From Octopus vulgaris (taxonomy: Eukaryota), in contig OX597821.1 of NCBI GenBank assembly GCA_951406725.2, positions 20,336,001 through 20,400,000 of the forward strand: 64,000 bases of DNA, given 5' to 3'. The notes beneath the pieces are model-generated. The model had not been told where the DNA came from and made no database searches. It was given only the letters and a program-made list of their open reading frames with translations. Shown here one piece after another: positions 1 through 13,784 of this stretch. Each line of letters starts with the position of its first letter. Positions within the stretch are counted from its first letter, which is position 1. The translations under genes and the position numbers were made by a program.

Positions 1-312
1 TAAATCTGCTACATCGAGTCTTAACTGGGGTAAATAACATATACGTCAAATATGCATGTTAACACGTTCGTATGTAACAGTTTTGTAGACGCCTTCTCTG
101 AAAAGTTAGGAGAGAAGTCAGAGATTGTGCTTAACGAAGATAATACATCAATGTTTGTTCTTTAAATATTAGTTCTATTTTTTTCTGAGCATAAACCAAA
201 CAGTAAGTATTTCAAATGAAGCGATAAATAAAATTTATAGCTTTTCGCCTTTCAAGAATGACCTTAGAAAGAACAGACATTCTTTAATAACAAAATAGAA
301 ATCAAACATTTA

Positions 313-360
<48 letters not shown>

Positions 361-452
361 CGTGTATGTGTCTGTGTCTGTGTGTATACACGCACTTATA
401 TATGTAGATGTATATATATTTACACACACATACACACATACACACACACACA

Positions 453-492
<40 letters not shown>

Positions 493-796
493 AGTATATA
501 TGCATAAATAATCTGTATTGATATGTGCATGCGCATGTGTGTGTTTACGAATATATATGTATCTATTTGTGTGATTATTTCTATGTTATGTACACGTATG
601 TAATCATGCATACACACACATATTCACGCACACACACATATGTATATTAGAGGGAGAAAGTGTGATTAAATCGCGTAGACCTATTAATAGATCGATACAT
701 ATTTATGTGTCTATGTATATTTTGTCCATGAATGCATCGTTAACTATATCTATAAGTTAATGTCCGCATTGCTTTGACGATACATATATGTATGTT

Positions 797-897
<101 letters not shown>

Positions 898-1990
898 TTA
901 TATATATATATGCACATATGTATGGATATACTTATGCATACGCACATATGTATGTGTGCATATGGAGAAAGATGATTAGATAGACAGGTTGATAGATATA
1001 GCCTTCAGTGTGTTTACGTATTTGTGTGAATGCCTATAATGCGATAGTTTTTAATTAAATCTCTGATTTATGACGAAGTGTCAGATTTCTCGGAGATTAT
1101 AATTACAAACTAAAGAAAAAATGTTTCATAATTTATTGAAGAAGATTGAAATCGAAGGTTATTATTAAATCTTTCAAAACTGTAATTATGGAAGTGAATA
1201 GTTAGACAGATGAAAACGACGACAGCAAGGAGGCTGCTTTATTTGTACACCAACTTTTCCTAATTGCACACAAAATTCTTCACGTAATCATCTGTTTGCT
1301 GATTGAAATAAAACGGAACTTTACAGATGAAATTATAATTCCAGGCAGATTTCCAGTGATTATATATATATGCTGGGTGAATTGTTACGTCCGTTCGGTA
1401 TGAAATTGAAAATATGCTGTTAAGCTACACACATTCGTACACACGCCAACACTCACACATACATATATACTAACAGCCACACACACACACACGTAGTTAT
1501 AATTTCTGTTTCTTCACTCTCGTATTATTTCTCTCAATATTTCGAATCACGCGTCATTTTTATATCCATTGTCATAAATTTTTTTCTGATGTTATTGCAC
1601 ATTTTCGAAATGAAATGGGTGGGAAAATATTAAAAAGATAAAATTGAATAAATGATTCATCGTCTGAATGTTTACCGAAAGTCGCCTATAAAAAATTACA
1701 GCAACTCTGCTGACTGTGATTCGGTATACAGTCTTGCTTGTTGGTGTGCACTTTGATCACCTCAGAGATCGTGAGGTGCTTTCCTTTTACAAGAAATTAG
1801 TAGTCTGAGAGGTTTAATAGACATATACACATACCTACGTACATACATACATACATACATATGTATACATTTACTCACGCATATGAGTGTGTATATATGC
1901 ACTTATACATTCATATGTATATGTATTTTATATATACTATATAATATATATTGAGGTACATATTATATGTATATATATCTAGCCATCCAT

Positions 1991-2032
<42 letters not shown>

Positions 2033-2072
2033 GCATGTACGCATATATGTATACACACACACACACACACAC

Positions 2073-2114
<42 letters not shown>

Positions 2115-2117
<3 letters not shown>

Positions 2118-2690
2118 AGGAACTCTCACTACGTTTCGTGGTTCGATACCTCAACAGCTTCTTTATAGGATCCAGTGGTTAAAGACATCCTCAGGAGGGA
2201 CCAAGAACAGTTTCAGCCCCTACCCCTCAACCGTTTTGGAATTGGTGAAGCCTCCACTTTCTGAGGTGTCTTCAGCTCTGGTGTTGAGTGCGTTTCTTGT
2301 TTCTCTCTCTTATTTTTTTGTTTGTTCTTTTCGATGTAGCATTAAATTTCTCCTTAAATACTCGCCTATAGGCTCGAACAGCCCAAACCTGATAACTTGA
2401 ACAAAATCGCACTATGAACAAAATCGCTACCTTGGCCCACCTGCCAGTCAGCGATGTTGCTTAAGTGTCAGCCAACTTCACCTAGCGACGCTGTTTCCCG
2501 GTCGGCATTTCAAGCCATTTTAGGTCTCGCTTCAGCCATATGTAGAAGCTGGCTTTGTCGCCTGCCACCTCTATCCTCCTTATTACATTTTTCAGTTCTG
2601 AGCTCGAAATTGCAAACCTTCTTTTAAATAACATCGCCATTCCAGCGAACACCGACCATAAGTCATCACAGTTGCCCAAAGGTAAAATCT
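2115..2690 (-). mobile_element. 3' end fragment of a HERO-like (RLE-type) non-LTR retrotransposon
   Basis: Minus ORF 2482-2679 ends ...ELKNVIRRIEVAGDKASFYIWLKRDLKW, resembling the C-terminus of HERO/NeSL-type elements as recalled. It is followed by a presumed 3' UTR ending at a (TA)n run. Confidence 0.55.
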
Positions 2691-3071
2691 AAAATGAATT
2701 CCTCGCTCTTTCAGGAACATCAATTTTTTATATTGACTGCATATCACCACTTTGATCTATTTTTTATATTGAATGCATATCACCACTATAAACCACTGCA
2801 TCAGACACTTTAAACATATAGCATGAACGAACTCACTTCACACTATATATGAACTTTTTGATGTCTGACTCTATTGTGTATTATAAATGAATTTTCTATA
2901 CTTGATAGCATGAACTATCTTTTTTTATATATAACTTTTTTTGATAAGGTTCATTTCAAGAACCGAAACATGTTATAATGTATATATAAAAATTAAAAAT
3001 TTGTATAATATAGCAGCATTTTCGAACTTCATTTTTTACAAATATATACCTACTCGTATACGAGCTAATCC

Positions 3072-3137
<66 letters not shown>

Positions 3138-3899
3138 GGTATTCAATTAATAGAAGAAAAGAAAATGTAGAGGTGAATGTTAAGAATTATTTATTAATAT
3201 ATTGATAATTCTTACTTCATACAGCTGTTTTAATTTGTGCTCCTGAAATAAATTACAAATTTAGGTTTAAAGTTTGCCTTTATAAGATATTAGCAAAATT
3301 TCATCAGCAAAAAATATATATATTTATTTCCCAAAATATTAGGTATAGAACCAGTGTTTTCTTGGATGTAATCATCCCTTTAAGAGGTTAATATATCCCC
3401 TAATGAACTTATATATATATATACATACATAAACATTTATCTTTCTAAACATACATTTGGTTATCTATGTTTTCTATAACTGAAAATGAAAGCGTTCCTA
3501 TAAAATTGTAGTTGCAGCAGATGCATCTTTAACATAATAGTTGGTTGTGGGGGGCCTTTACAGCTCTTAGGCCACAGATATTATTAGTGGAGTTGCGTCT
3601 GTCATAAGTAATGTATTTAGATTTTCACTATAGTAATGCCTTTAATTTAATGGATCCAAACTCGCTCCACCTATTTTAGATGATTAGACATAATACTAAA
3701 CTTCATTGAAACTACTTCATTTTACACAACACTATCTCTCTTCTCTAACTTCGATCACTGATTCACTCTTGAAGCCCAAATTATATCTTATTCTCACACC
3801 TGATACACATTCTGAAGCATAAATCTCTGAGAACTAATCTATAACTCTGTTTAACTAAATAATTATTAAGTTATTTATTTTTGTCTTTGTTCAGTAGGT

Positions 3900-4280
3900 G
3901 CTATTTCTAATTTGCTTCTATCACGAAATGAAAGGAAATGACTACTACTCCCTTCAAACTTTGCCTTTTTGATCGGTACACGAGCGTTTTGAAACTGACT
4001 TATTTTCCATTACAATTCAGGCAGATCAGCGCTGAGCAGCTGTAGCAGAAATATCATATTATTATAGCAAATATTTTGCTCAATACCATAGATATGCAGG
4101 TCACTTAGTGGTTGACAATATGTGTATATCTGATCATGAACAGCAGTAGTGAGGGAGCATCGTTGTTATGTATCGAGAAGGATTCTTTGAGGTTTAAATA
4201 AACGTAACAAAAGTAAAGTTTGAAGGAATCATTAACCATTTCCCATACATTCTAGGGGTAAGCAAATAGGAAATAACAGT
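3900..4280. mobile_element. Degenerate MITE-like element with imperfect inverted ends
   Basis: ctatttctaatttgctt...ccttcaaactttgcctttt at left is roughly complementary to aaaagtaaagtttgaagga...aagcaaataggaaataacag at right. The interior 4068-4200 resembles the repeat at 54650-54800. Confidence 0.35.
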
Positions 4281-5375
4281 TGCTAACTAACGACAAAAAT
4301 CGTGTTACAAAGGGTTTTATGGTCTCCAGGTCCAATTGTTTACTCAGACTTCACGCTATCAGTTGGTGCCTGTCATATCCACATTCGACTCCTTAACTTA
4401 CTTATCTTACCTGTATATCAGCAACAATTACTTTTGACTACTTCGTCATTAAGTCTCCAAATATATTTCCTAGCACTAATGTTTTCTTGATTTCCCCAGT
4501 TACCGTCAACGCTTCATGATCGATACCGACTCAATTCATTATTTTCAGCAATGTCAATGCCCATCACCTTTTGTGGATCTTTCCAAAAGTTTGTTTGTGC
4601 ACTATCAAACCTATCTATGAAATCCAAGGCTAACAGTGTATAACACGTTATATTACATGTACATAATATATGCAGTGAAACAGGTGACAAAACATCCAAC
4701 ACAATTTATTCCAAAAGGATGCTAATAGACCACCAAACATGATCTCTCATCAAACAAGCATTTGATAATAAAACAACAAATAGCGGTGACATCACCAATA
4801 GTTCATGGTATTTAAAACTTCCGGTCTTCAATAATAGAATAACTACTGCAATCGTCATGGAGGAATAGTGTGGGTGGGGTGAGTTTTAAATAGATAAGTG
4901 GGACAGAATGTTCAATTTTTTTTTCTCGTTTTCTCCCTACTTGTTTCAAATCATTACATGGCAAGCATGGCATCATCATTTTGTACTGCTGTGTCATCTT
5001 TGAGAATTACCATAGATCAGCATGTATTCGGTGGTTTAGGTTGCCTCGTAGAGTATCTATGTCACTGTGTGGTTTGTAGTGTGCTATGGGTTTTGGTGTA
5101 TGATTCATTGTCTGTATGGAGACTGAGATATATGTGTGGTGGGTGTTTGGCAGCGAGTAACTGTCAATGTTAAAAATAATTATGTTTTAGCATAAATTCC
5201 TCAATGGGCTTACGGCCATTTTCCTATGCGTTTACGCTGCTATTCATGGGCCTTCGCGTGTGCTTATAAGGGTAGACTGCAATGTTTGTAGATATATATT
5301 TTTCCACCCTATTTTATTTCAGATCTCTAATAAAATACCTTCATAATTTTCGATGTTTATACATACATACATACA

Positions 5376-5479
<104 letters not shown>

Positions 5480-6268
5480 GAGACAGACGAAATTCTTTAC
5501 GCAGTTTGGATTCCAAGTCAATTTTTCCCACAGCAATTTCTAAGTTGATAATTTTCAAGTTTCAATGAATGGTATTTAGAGTGGGGCAAACTGAGTAACG
5601 ACTAGTATAATTTTTTTCTGTAGAAGGATATGGTGCGTAATTATATCCGGAAAAAGCATTCTACCCTTTCAGCTGATCGCGAAGAATTCATAGGTAGTAT
5701 TTTATGTTGAGCGTTTAGTTTTTGTCGAGTTTCATTAATATCATATCGTGTGCCATTTTTACATGATCCTCTTTCATATGACCTACATATATGAAGATGT
5801 TTGTTTTCATTTATAATGATTTCCTAGTCTAAAGATGGATATTAATATGTGCGAGTTTTTTCGAAATGTAATTGTTGAGAACTGCTAAGGTTAATTCACC
5901 ATAATTTGTCTTGCTGATTTTGCCCCACCTAAATTTGTCTTTTATATGATGTAAGAGAACGGAGACACCTTCTTGAAATACTATTCAGATTATATTACAG
6001 TGTTTTTAATGCATGCAAAGAAGCTCAGTTGCTTAGCTGACATACATTTTGTAAGGAAATGAACGTTTGTAAAATACGATATATTTTTCTCGAAATCAAC
6101 AACGCGCTGAATATTACTCATTGTGCACCAGCGCTATTCAATTACTACAGCTTCATCAAAGTGGAATAAATATCTAGCAATGAAACAACCAATGGTAAAA
6201 ATGTTCGCATGTGACCCAAGCGCGCCACCAACAATGTAGCCTTATGTGTATAGTTCCACGTATTATAC

Positions 6269-6488
6269 AGCGGCGAGCTGGCAGAAACGTTAGCACGCCG
6301 GACGAAATGCGTAGCCGTATTTCGTCTGCCGTTACGTTCTCAGTTCAAATTCCGCCGAGGTCGACTTTGCCTTACATCCTTTCGGGGTCGATAATTTAAG
6401 TACCAGTTACACACTGGGGTCGATGTAATCGACTTAATCTCCTTGTCTGTCCTCTCTGTGTTTATCCCCTTGTAGGTAGCAAAGAAAT
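6269..6488 (+). mobile_element. tRNA-derived SINE family A (Meta-domain-like), full copy with TSD
   Basis: Head gcggcgagctggcagaaacgttagc, B-box gttcaaattcc, body gtcgactttgccttacatcctttcggggtcgat. 11-bp TSD acgtattatac at 6258-6268 and 6489-6499. Confidence 0.9.
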
Positions 6489-7065
6489 ACGTATTATACC
6501 TCATAATTTGTAGTGTACTTAATCATAAGTAAGCGTTCAAGTGTATATTTATAGAAATGCTTGTTCCGTAAGAAAAAAACAGAACCATCTGGAGAGAAGT
6601 TATAAGGTGATCAAGGTCGCTAATATTAAAGCAAATATAAGACATTTTAAGCTAATGAAGTTATGCTGATTAAAATAAATAACCTAATTGATGAAAATAT
6701 TCGAATTTTAAGATGTTTACAGATTGGTTAATTTAATAATAAACGGTGTACACATAGTGCAACAAGTTCTCCAAAAGATTTCGTCCGAAAACTGACTGAT
6801 TAATAGTAAATGTAATTTACGCAAAAAGAGAAAGGGTGGGCCAAATTAGAAAAAAAGAGATTGAGAGAGAGTGAGGGTGATAGGAGGGAGGATGGAGTTT
6901 AAAAAGAGAGTCAGAGAGAGAGAGTGACACGGATTTTCTTATGCTTTCTTGATAAGAGATTTCTATAACTGAAATAAATCAGATACGACATATTATAAAT
7001 GTAACTGATTGTTACGTATGCTACAGACAGATGGATATTTCCTCCCCTCTGTCTGTCTGTCTCTT

Positions 7066-7170
<105 letters not shown>

Positions 7171-7470
7171 GGCGCATGGCTCAACGTTTAGAGCATCGAG
7201 CTTATGATTGTGAGGTTGTGAGTTCGATTCCTGGACTGAGCTGCGTGTTGTATTCTTGAGCAAGACACTTTATTTCCCGTTGGACCAGTTCACTCAGCTG
7301 TAGAAATGTATCGGCCGTTGCCTTTCCCTTGGATAACACTGGTGGCGTTGAGAGGGGAGGCCGGTATGCATGGGCGACTGCTGGTTTTCCATAAACAACC
7401 ATACCCGGACTTGTGCCTGGGAAGGTAACCTTCTAGGTGCAATCCCACGGTCATGACCGAAGAGGGTCTC
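7171..7470 (+). mobile_element. tRNA-derived SINE family D
   Basis: A-box tggctcaacgtt, B-box gttcgattcc, then ttcttgagcaagacactttatttc..cactcagctgtagaaatg. A second copy lies at 38329-38590. Confidence 0.8.
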
Positions 7471-8567
7471 AATATATATTTATATAGACGATATACATCC
7501 GGATGCATAAGAAACCGGTAGCAACCCAATTGAGTTCAAAGTCGGGGTGTGAATTTAACAACAAATGTGAAGCTTATTTAACTCTGCAAGCATACACGGC
7601 TTACAACAGCATGTTTATATATTATTAAAGGATTAACTAAATCGGATAAATAATTTTACAAAGAAAAACTCATTCATGGCCACAATTTCAGTCAATAAGA
7701 TTCAAATGTTTTACCAGGTTTTGTTTCAATGAAACAAAATAATTAGAATATATCTACAAACATTACAGTCTACCCATATAAGCACACGTGAAGGCCCATG
7801 AATAGCAGCGTAAACGCATATGAAAATGGCCGTAAGCCCGTTGATGAATTTATGCTAAAACATAATTATTTTTAACATTGACAGTTACTCGCTGCCAAAC
7901 ACCCACCACGCATATATCTCAGTCTCCATACAGACAATGAATCAGATGCCAAAACACGTAGCGCACTACAAACAACACAGTGACGTCGATACTCTACTAG
8001 ACAACCGAAACCACCGAATCATTGAAGCTAATACGATAAGCTAATATTCAGTATATAGATTCATTATCGTAAAGCTCTTCATCTGTAGATACTGCTAATA
8101 AACGCGCCATCTGGTGGAAGAGATAGTGTTTGCACCGAAGGGAGAGCACAAAATATATTTTCCTCTTTTATTACTGATTAATTTTTATGATCAATTATTT
8201 TCTTTCAATTTTTTAACAAAGTACCAACATCGACAGAAAAAATATAGACGAAAGGAAAAAAATGACTAACACAAAACTTTCTGGAAGGTTTCATTATTTG
8301 AACAGATAGAAGGTGGATAGTAAATTATAATTTTACCACTGAGTAGTAACAATAGATTCATGGGTAATTATGTTTCAAACTTGCTTATATGAAGGAAACA
8401 ACATTCTTATTTACAAAATGGCCGAGATGGTTAGACTTTGGAGACACGAGTGTATATATATATATATATAAAGTTAATCCAAACAAGAAAACACAGAAAA
8501 AAACAGCAACGCGAGGACGTGGAACAATTAAAGTATTATTTGACGCTCAGGAAAGAAGGGAAGGAGG

Positions 8568-8602
8568 GTTTAACGTTTCGAGCGGAGCTCTTCGTCGGAA
8601 AC
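8568..8602 (-). ncRNA. Minimal type I hammerhead ribozyme (variant core)
   Basis: Minus strand reads GUUU-CCGACGA-A-GAGC(UCC)GCUC-GAAAC-GUU/AAAC: stem I GUUU/AAAC and palindromic helix III AACGUU. Confidence 0.7.
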
Positions 8603-8744
8603 AAGGAGAAGGAAAGATCCCAAGAAGGGAAGACAGGGGAAAAAAATATTTTTGCTGGTGGTGCTCAAGAGATCACATGTTGAAAGAACAGAAGTTGAGA
8701 GGTAGACGAATCATGATTTTTAAAAACAAGAGTTTCAAAAAAGG

Positions 8745-11700
8745 AATGTGTGTGGGTGCGTGTGTGTGGGTGCAAGGATGACAAGTGTGTTTGTGTGTGC
8801 GTGTGTGTGTGTGTGTGTGTGTATGTATGGTGAATAAAGCATGGCAAGTTAGCTGTCATAAGGCACTCCTTTATGACAGCTAGCTTGTTTGTATCCAGAC
8901 AGGTCAAAGCCAGGTCAGAAAACAAAGGGGTATATATGTGTGTGCGTGTAAGAATATGTATCATGTGTGTGTGTTGTTTGTGGTGTGTGTGTGTGTGCAT
9001 GTGTGTGTTCGTGTGTGTATGCGTAGAGTGTAGCTGTGTGGCGAGTAACTGCTTAACCTAGTGTATGTGTGCGTGTGTGCTTGTACGTGCGTGTGTGTGT
9101 GTAGGGATGTATGTGTGGGTTCATTTGTGTGAGTGTGTATGTATGTACGTGTAAGTGTGTGCGTGTATGTGTGCGTTTGTCTGTGTTTATGTGTATGTGT
9201 GCGTGCGCGGATAGGTGTATATTGTGTATGTATATCTGTCGGTGTATATGTGAGTTTGTGTGTGTTTGTACGTGTGTATGTGTGTGTGCGTGTATAGTAT
9301 ATGTATGTACATGTGTGTGTGTGTGTGTACGTGCGTGCGAGTGAATGTATGTATATATATGTGTGTGCGTGTGTGTACACTGTAGAGGCTTATATGTGTG
9401 TTTATATGTTTATATGTGTGTATGTATGTATGTGCGTATGTGTGTATGTGTGTGTATGTGTATGTATGTATATATGTATATGTATGCGTGTGTGTATGTA
9501 TGTATGTGTGTATGTGTGTGTGTATGTGTGTATGTGTGTATGTATGCGTGTGTGTATGTATGTGTGTATGAGTATGTGTATGTGTGTATGTATGTATGTA
9601 TGTATGTGTGTGTATGTATGTGTGTGTATGTATGTATGTATGTACGTACGTATGCATGTATGTGTGTGTGTGTATGTGTGTAAGTGTGTGTATGTATGTA
9701 TGTACGTATGTGTGTATGTATGTATTTATGCATGCGTGTACATGTGTATGTGCGTGTGTGTACGTATGTATGTATATGTATGTGTGTGTATGTATGTATC
9801 TATGTATGTAGTGTATGTATGTGTGTGTATGCATGTATGTATGTGTACATTCATGTATGTGTGTAGGTGTGTGCGTATGTATGTATATATATGTGTGGGT
9901 ATGTGTGTGTGTGTATGTGTGTATATGTGTGTGTATGTATGTGCGTATGTATGTGTGTATGTATGTGTATGTGTGTAAGTGTGTATATGTGTATGTATGT
10001 ATGTACGTGTGTGTGTATGTATGTGTGTATGTATGTGTGTGTGCGTGCGTGTGTGTGTATGTGTGTGTGTATGTGTGTATGTATGTACGTATGTATATGT
10101 ATGTTTGTGTATGTATGTATCTATGTATGTATGTGGGTATGTATGTGTGTATATATGTATGTATGTGCGTATGTGTGTGTATGTATATGTATGCGTGTGT
10201 GTATATGTATGTATGTGTGTATGTGTGTAAGTATGTATGTATGTATGTGTGTATGTGTGTGTATGTATGTATGTACGGGTGTATGTGTGTAAGTGTGTAT
10301 GTATGTGTATATGTATGTATGTATGTAAGTGTGTGTGTGTATGTATGTGTGTATGTGTATGTGTGTATAGTATGTATGTGTGTGTGTATGTATGTGTATG
10401 TATGTATGTGTGCATGCGTGTATGTGCGCATGTGTGTGTCTGTATGTATGTATATGCATGTGTGTGTGTATGTATATATGCGTCTATGTATGTATGTGTG
10501 TATGTATGTGTGTGTATGTATGTATGTGTGTGTATGTGTGTGTATGTATATGTATGCGTTTGTGTATATGTATGTATGTGTGTATGTGTGTAAGCAGGTA
10601 TGTATGTGTGTATGTATGTATGTACGGGTGTATGTGTGTAAGTGTGTGTGTGTATGTGTTTGTATATGTATGTATATGTACGCGTGTGTGTATGTATGTG
10701 TGTATGTGTATGTGTGTATAGTATGTATGTGTGTGTATGTATGTGTATGTATGTATGTGTGCATGCGTGTATCTGTGCATGTGTGTGTCTGTATGAATGT
10801 ATGTATATGTATATGTTTGTGTATGTATACATGTGTCTATGTATATATGTGTGTATGTTTGTGTGTGTGTATGTATGTGTGTAGATGTGTATGTGTGTGT
10901 GTGTGTATGTATGTATATGTATGCGTGTGCGTATGTAAGTATGTGTGTATTTATGTATGTATGTGTGTGTATGTGTGTGTATGTATGTGTGTATGTGTGT
11001 ATGTATGTGTGTGTATGTATGTAAGTGTGTGTGTGTGTATGTGCGTATGTATGTGTGTGTATGTATGTGTATATATGTATGTATGTGTGCATGCGTGTAT
11101 GTGTGTGTATGTGTGTGTACGTATGTGTGTATATGTATGTGTGTGTGTATTTATGTATATGTATGTGTGTGTGTATGTGTGTATGTATCTATGTATGTGT
11201 GTATGTGTGTGTGTATGTATGTATGTATGTATGTGTGTATGTGTGTGTGTGTGTATGTATGTATGTATATATATGTGTGTGTATGTGTGTATGTGTGTGT
11301 ATGTGTGTATGTGTGTATGTGTGTATGTGTATGTGTGTGTGTATGTGTGTGTATGTATATTTGTGTCTGTGTGTGTATGTGTGTATGTATGTGTGTATGT
11401 ATGTATGTATGTATGTATGTATGTATGTACGTGTGTGTATGTATGTATGTATGTGTGTGTATGTATGTGTGCGTGCGTGTGTGTGTGGGTATGTGTGTGT
11501 GTGTGTTTATGTGTGTAAGTATATGTATGTGTGGGTATGTATGTGTGTGTGTATGTATGTATGTATGAATGTATGTATGTATGTATGCGTGTGTGTGTAT
11601 GTATGTATGTATGAATGTATCTATGTATGTATTATGTGTGTGTACGTATGTATGTGTGTGTGTGAATGTATGCGTGTGGGGGGGTTTGGAGTTGTGTGGG

Positions 11701-11960
11701 CGTAACATACATGCGCGTGCTTGTGTGCGTGTGTGTGCTTTCGTGCGTGTATCTGTGCGTATCAGCTAGGTGTTTATAGGAGTGTGCGTATCTGTATGAG
11801 TATTGTCCTTGGTGTGTGTGTGCGCGCGTGGGGGGTGTATAGGTGTGGAAGTATGTGTGCGTACATGTGCATGTACGTTGTGTGTGTGTGGTGTGTTGGG
11901 AGTAGGTGTGTTGGGAGTAGGTGTGTTCGTGGGTACTTGAGTATGTGTGTGTGTGTGACT
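8745..11960. repeat. ~3.2 kb compound (TG)n/(TATG)n low-complexity tract
   Basis: Directly visible; it produces the long spurious HT/YI and CV/MY ORFs. Confidence 0.97.
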
Positions 11961-12078
11961 GCATAAGGACAATTATAAAAAATAAAAAATAAATAATAAA
12001 TAATAATTAATAAATAATAAATAAAAAATAAAAAATAAAGAATAAAAGATGCTAGTGGGGAGAAGTGGAGCGCAGTCA

Positions 12079-13485
12079 CTAAGAGGAGGTGGCAGTGTTG
12101 AGTCCGTGTGGGGTTGGAGTCTGTAGAAGGAATATGAGCCGTTGCTCCAAGTGAAGCCTGGATTGTGGAGAGCCATTGTGTGGGGCAAGACCAAACACCG
12201 AGATGTCATTGGGGGAATTGCTGGCCGAGCGGAAGTGACATGGGACGGGAGAATGGGACCGTAGACGAACATCCCTCAGATGTTCGGCGAATCGGTCTGA
12301 CAACCGGCGTCCCGTCTGTCCTATATACAGCATCCCACAGAGGTTGCATTTAATGCAGTATATGTGTCCAGACGAGGTGCACGTAAAAGAATGCCTGATA
12401 CATACAGTTCGCCGGTTGGAATCAGTGACAGCAGTGGTGTTGGTGATGAAGGGGCAGGTGTTGCAGCGGGATCTGGAGCACGGGAAGGATCCGAGTGGGG
12501 CCGAGGGGGAAGAAGGGAGGGTGCTACGGACCAGGAGGTCGCGTAGATTCCGGGCTCGTTTGAAGGAGGACAGGGGTGGGTTGGGGAAAATGGGGTGGGT
12601 CGTGGAATCGAGCTGGAGACGACGGAAGGCACGAAGTATCTTCCGACGAAGGGGTAGAGTAGAGGGGTGGAAAAGGAGGGGAAAGGGGTGCGGATGGGGG
12701 TGGGTGATTGGAAGGAGAAAGGGCGACGAGCGTGGGCGAGGGCGTTCAAGACCAGGGTAGGTGGGTAACCTCGAAGCCTGAACAGGCGGGCCAGGTATTG
12801 AGACTGGGTCTCGAAGTCCTGGTCGCGGCTGCACAAGCGTCGGAGGCGGAGGAACTGGGAGTAGGGGATGGCCCGTTTGGTGTGGAAGGGATGGGAGGAG
12901 GAGAAGTTGAGATAGAGGTGGGAATCCGTGGGTTTGAAGAAGGCGGAGGTGGTGAGAGAATGGGAGGGGTGGTCGATGCTGAGTGAGATATCAAGGAAGT
13001 TAACGGAAGTATTGGAGATGGTGGAAGTGAATTGTAGAGAGGGGTGGAAGTTAGAGAGGAAAGAGATGAAGTGGCAGAGTTGTTCGCGGGAAAGGGAGGT
13101 GGCGCCTATACAGTCGTCTATGTAACGACCGTATAGTTCTGGGGTCGGCCCGGAGAATTGGGAGAATACTTGGGCCTCAATGTAGCCAACAAAGAGATAG
13201 GCGAAATTGGGGCCCATTCTCGTTCCCATCGCGACCCCAGACTCCTGTTGGTACGTTTCCCCGGCGAACGTGAAACAGTTGAGGGTTAGGACGAGCTCTG
13301 CCAGGCGGAGGAGGGTGGGTGTGCTTGGGGTGGGGTCGGGACGACGGTCGAGGCTGTGTTGGAGAGCTAGGAGACCATCGTTGTGGGGAATTACCGTATA
13401 CAGGGATTTGATGTCATGGGTGAAGAGGAGGTGTGAGGGGCTGGAAGGGAAGGAAAAGGAATTGAAGAGACGGAGGGTGTGGTTG
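12079..13485 (-). pseudogene. Penelope-like reverse transcriptase + GIY-YIG endonuclease (5' truncated, one frameshift near 12700-12730)
   Basis: RT motifs DIKSLYT, GVAMGTRMGPNFAYLFVG and YGRYIDDCIG. Second frame carries CSRSRCNTC, IYCIKCNLCGMLYIGQTGRRLSDRFAEH and EQRLIFLLQTPTPHGLN. Confidence 0.93.
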
Positions 13486-13603
13486 ATATATATATATATA
13501 TATACCACACATATATACCATACATACATACATATCTATCTATCTATATAAATATATATACTATAAGGTTATTTATAATAATATGTCATTACTATTGTTG
13601 TTA

Positions 13604-13731
13604 TGCTCAAAATCCACCAAGATCGGCTTTAGCCTTTCGGGATCGGAAATGTAAGTATCAGTGAAGCACTGGGGTCGATGTGATCGAGTAATCCCCTCCC
13701 CACAAAATTTTCAAGACTTGTGCCTTTAGTA

Positions 13732-13735
<4 letters not shown>
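13604..13735 (+). mobile_element. SINE family A, 5'-truncated
   Basis: gcctttcgggatcgg..aagtatcagtgaagcactggggtcgatgtgatcgag..ttgtgcctttagta, then (ATT)n. Confidence 0.7.

Positions 13736-13784
<49 letters not shown>

Larger units (their letters stand above)
8471..13485 (-). mobile_element. 5'-truncated Penelope-like element A (RT + GIY-YIG, long microsatellite 3' region, hammerhead-bearing terminal repeat)
   Basis: Coding region 13485-12079, compound (CA/TACA)n tract 11960-8745, and a terminal segment with a hammerhead at 8568-8602 in the same orientation. Both ends abut (TA)n runs. Joining these parts into one element is an inference. Confidence 0.7.

Noticed and set aside
2125-2165. Hammerhead-like CUGUUGA..GAAACGUA on the minus strand
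   Set aside because: No convincing stem I pairing.
9187-11708. Very long ORFs (up to 567 aa) of HT/YI or CV/MY dipeptides
   Set aside because: Stop-free translations of (TG)/(TATG) microsatellite, not genes. The same applies to the YIYI ORFs throughout the window.
12165-13551. Plus-strand ORFs over Penelope A
   Set aside because: Antisense to the RT/GIY-YIG frame.
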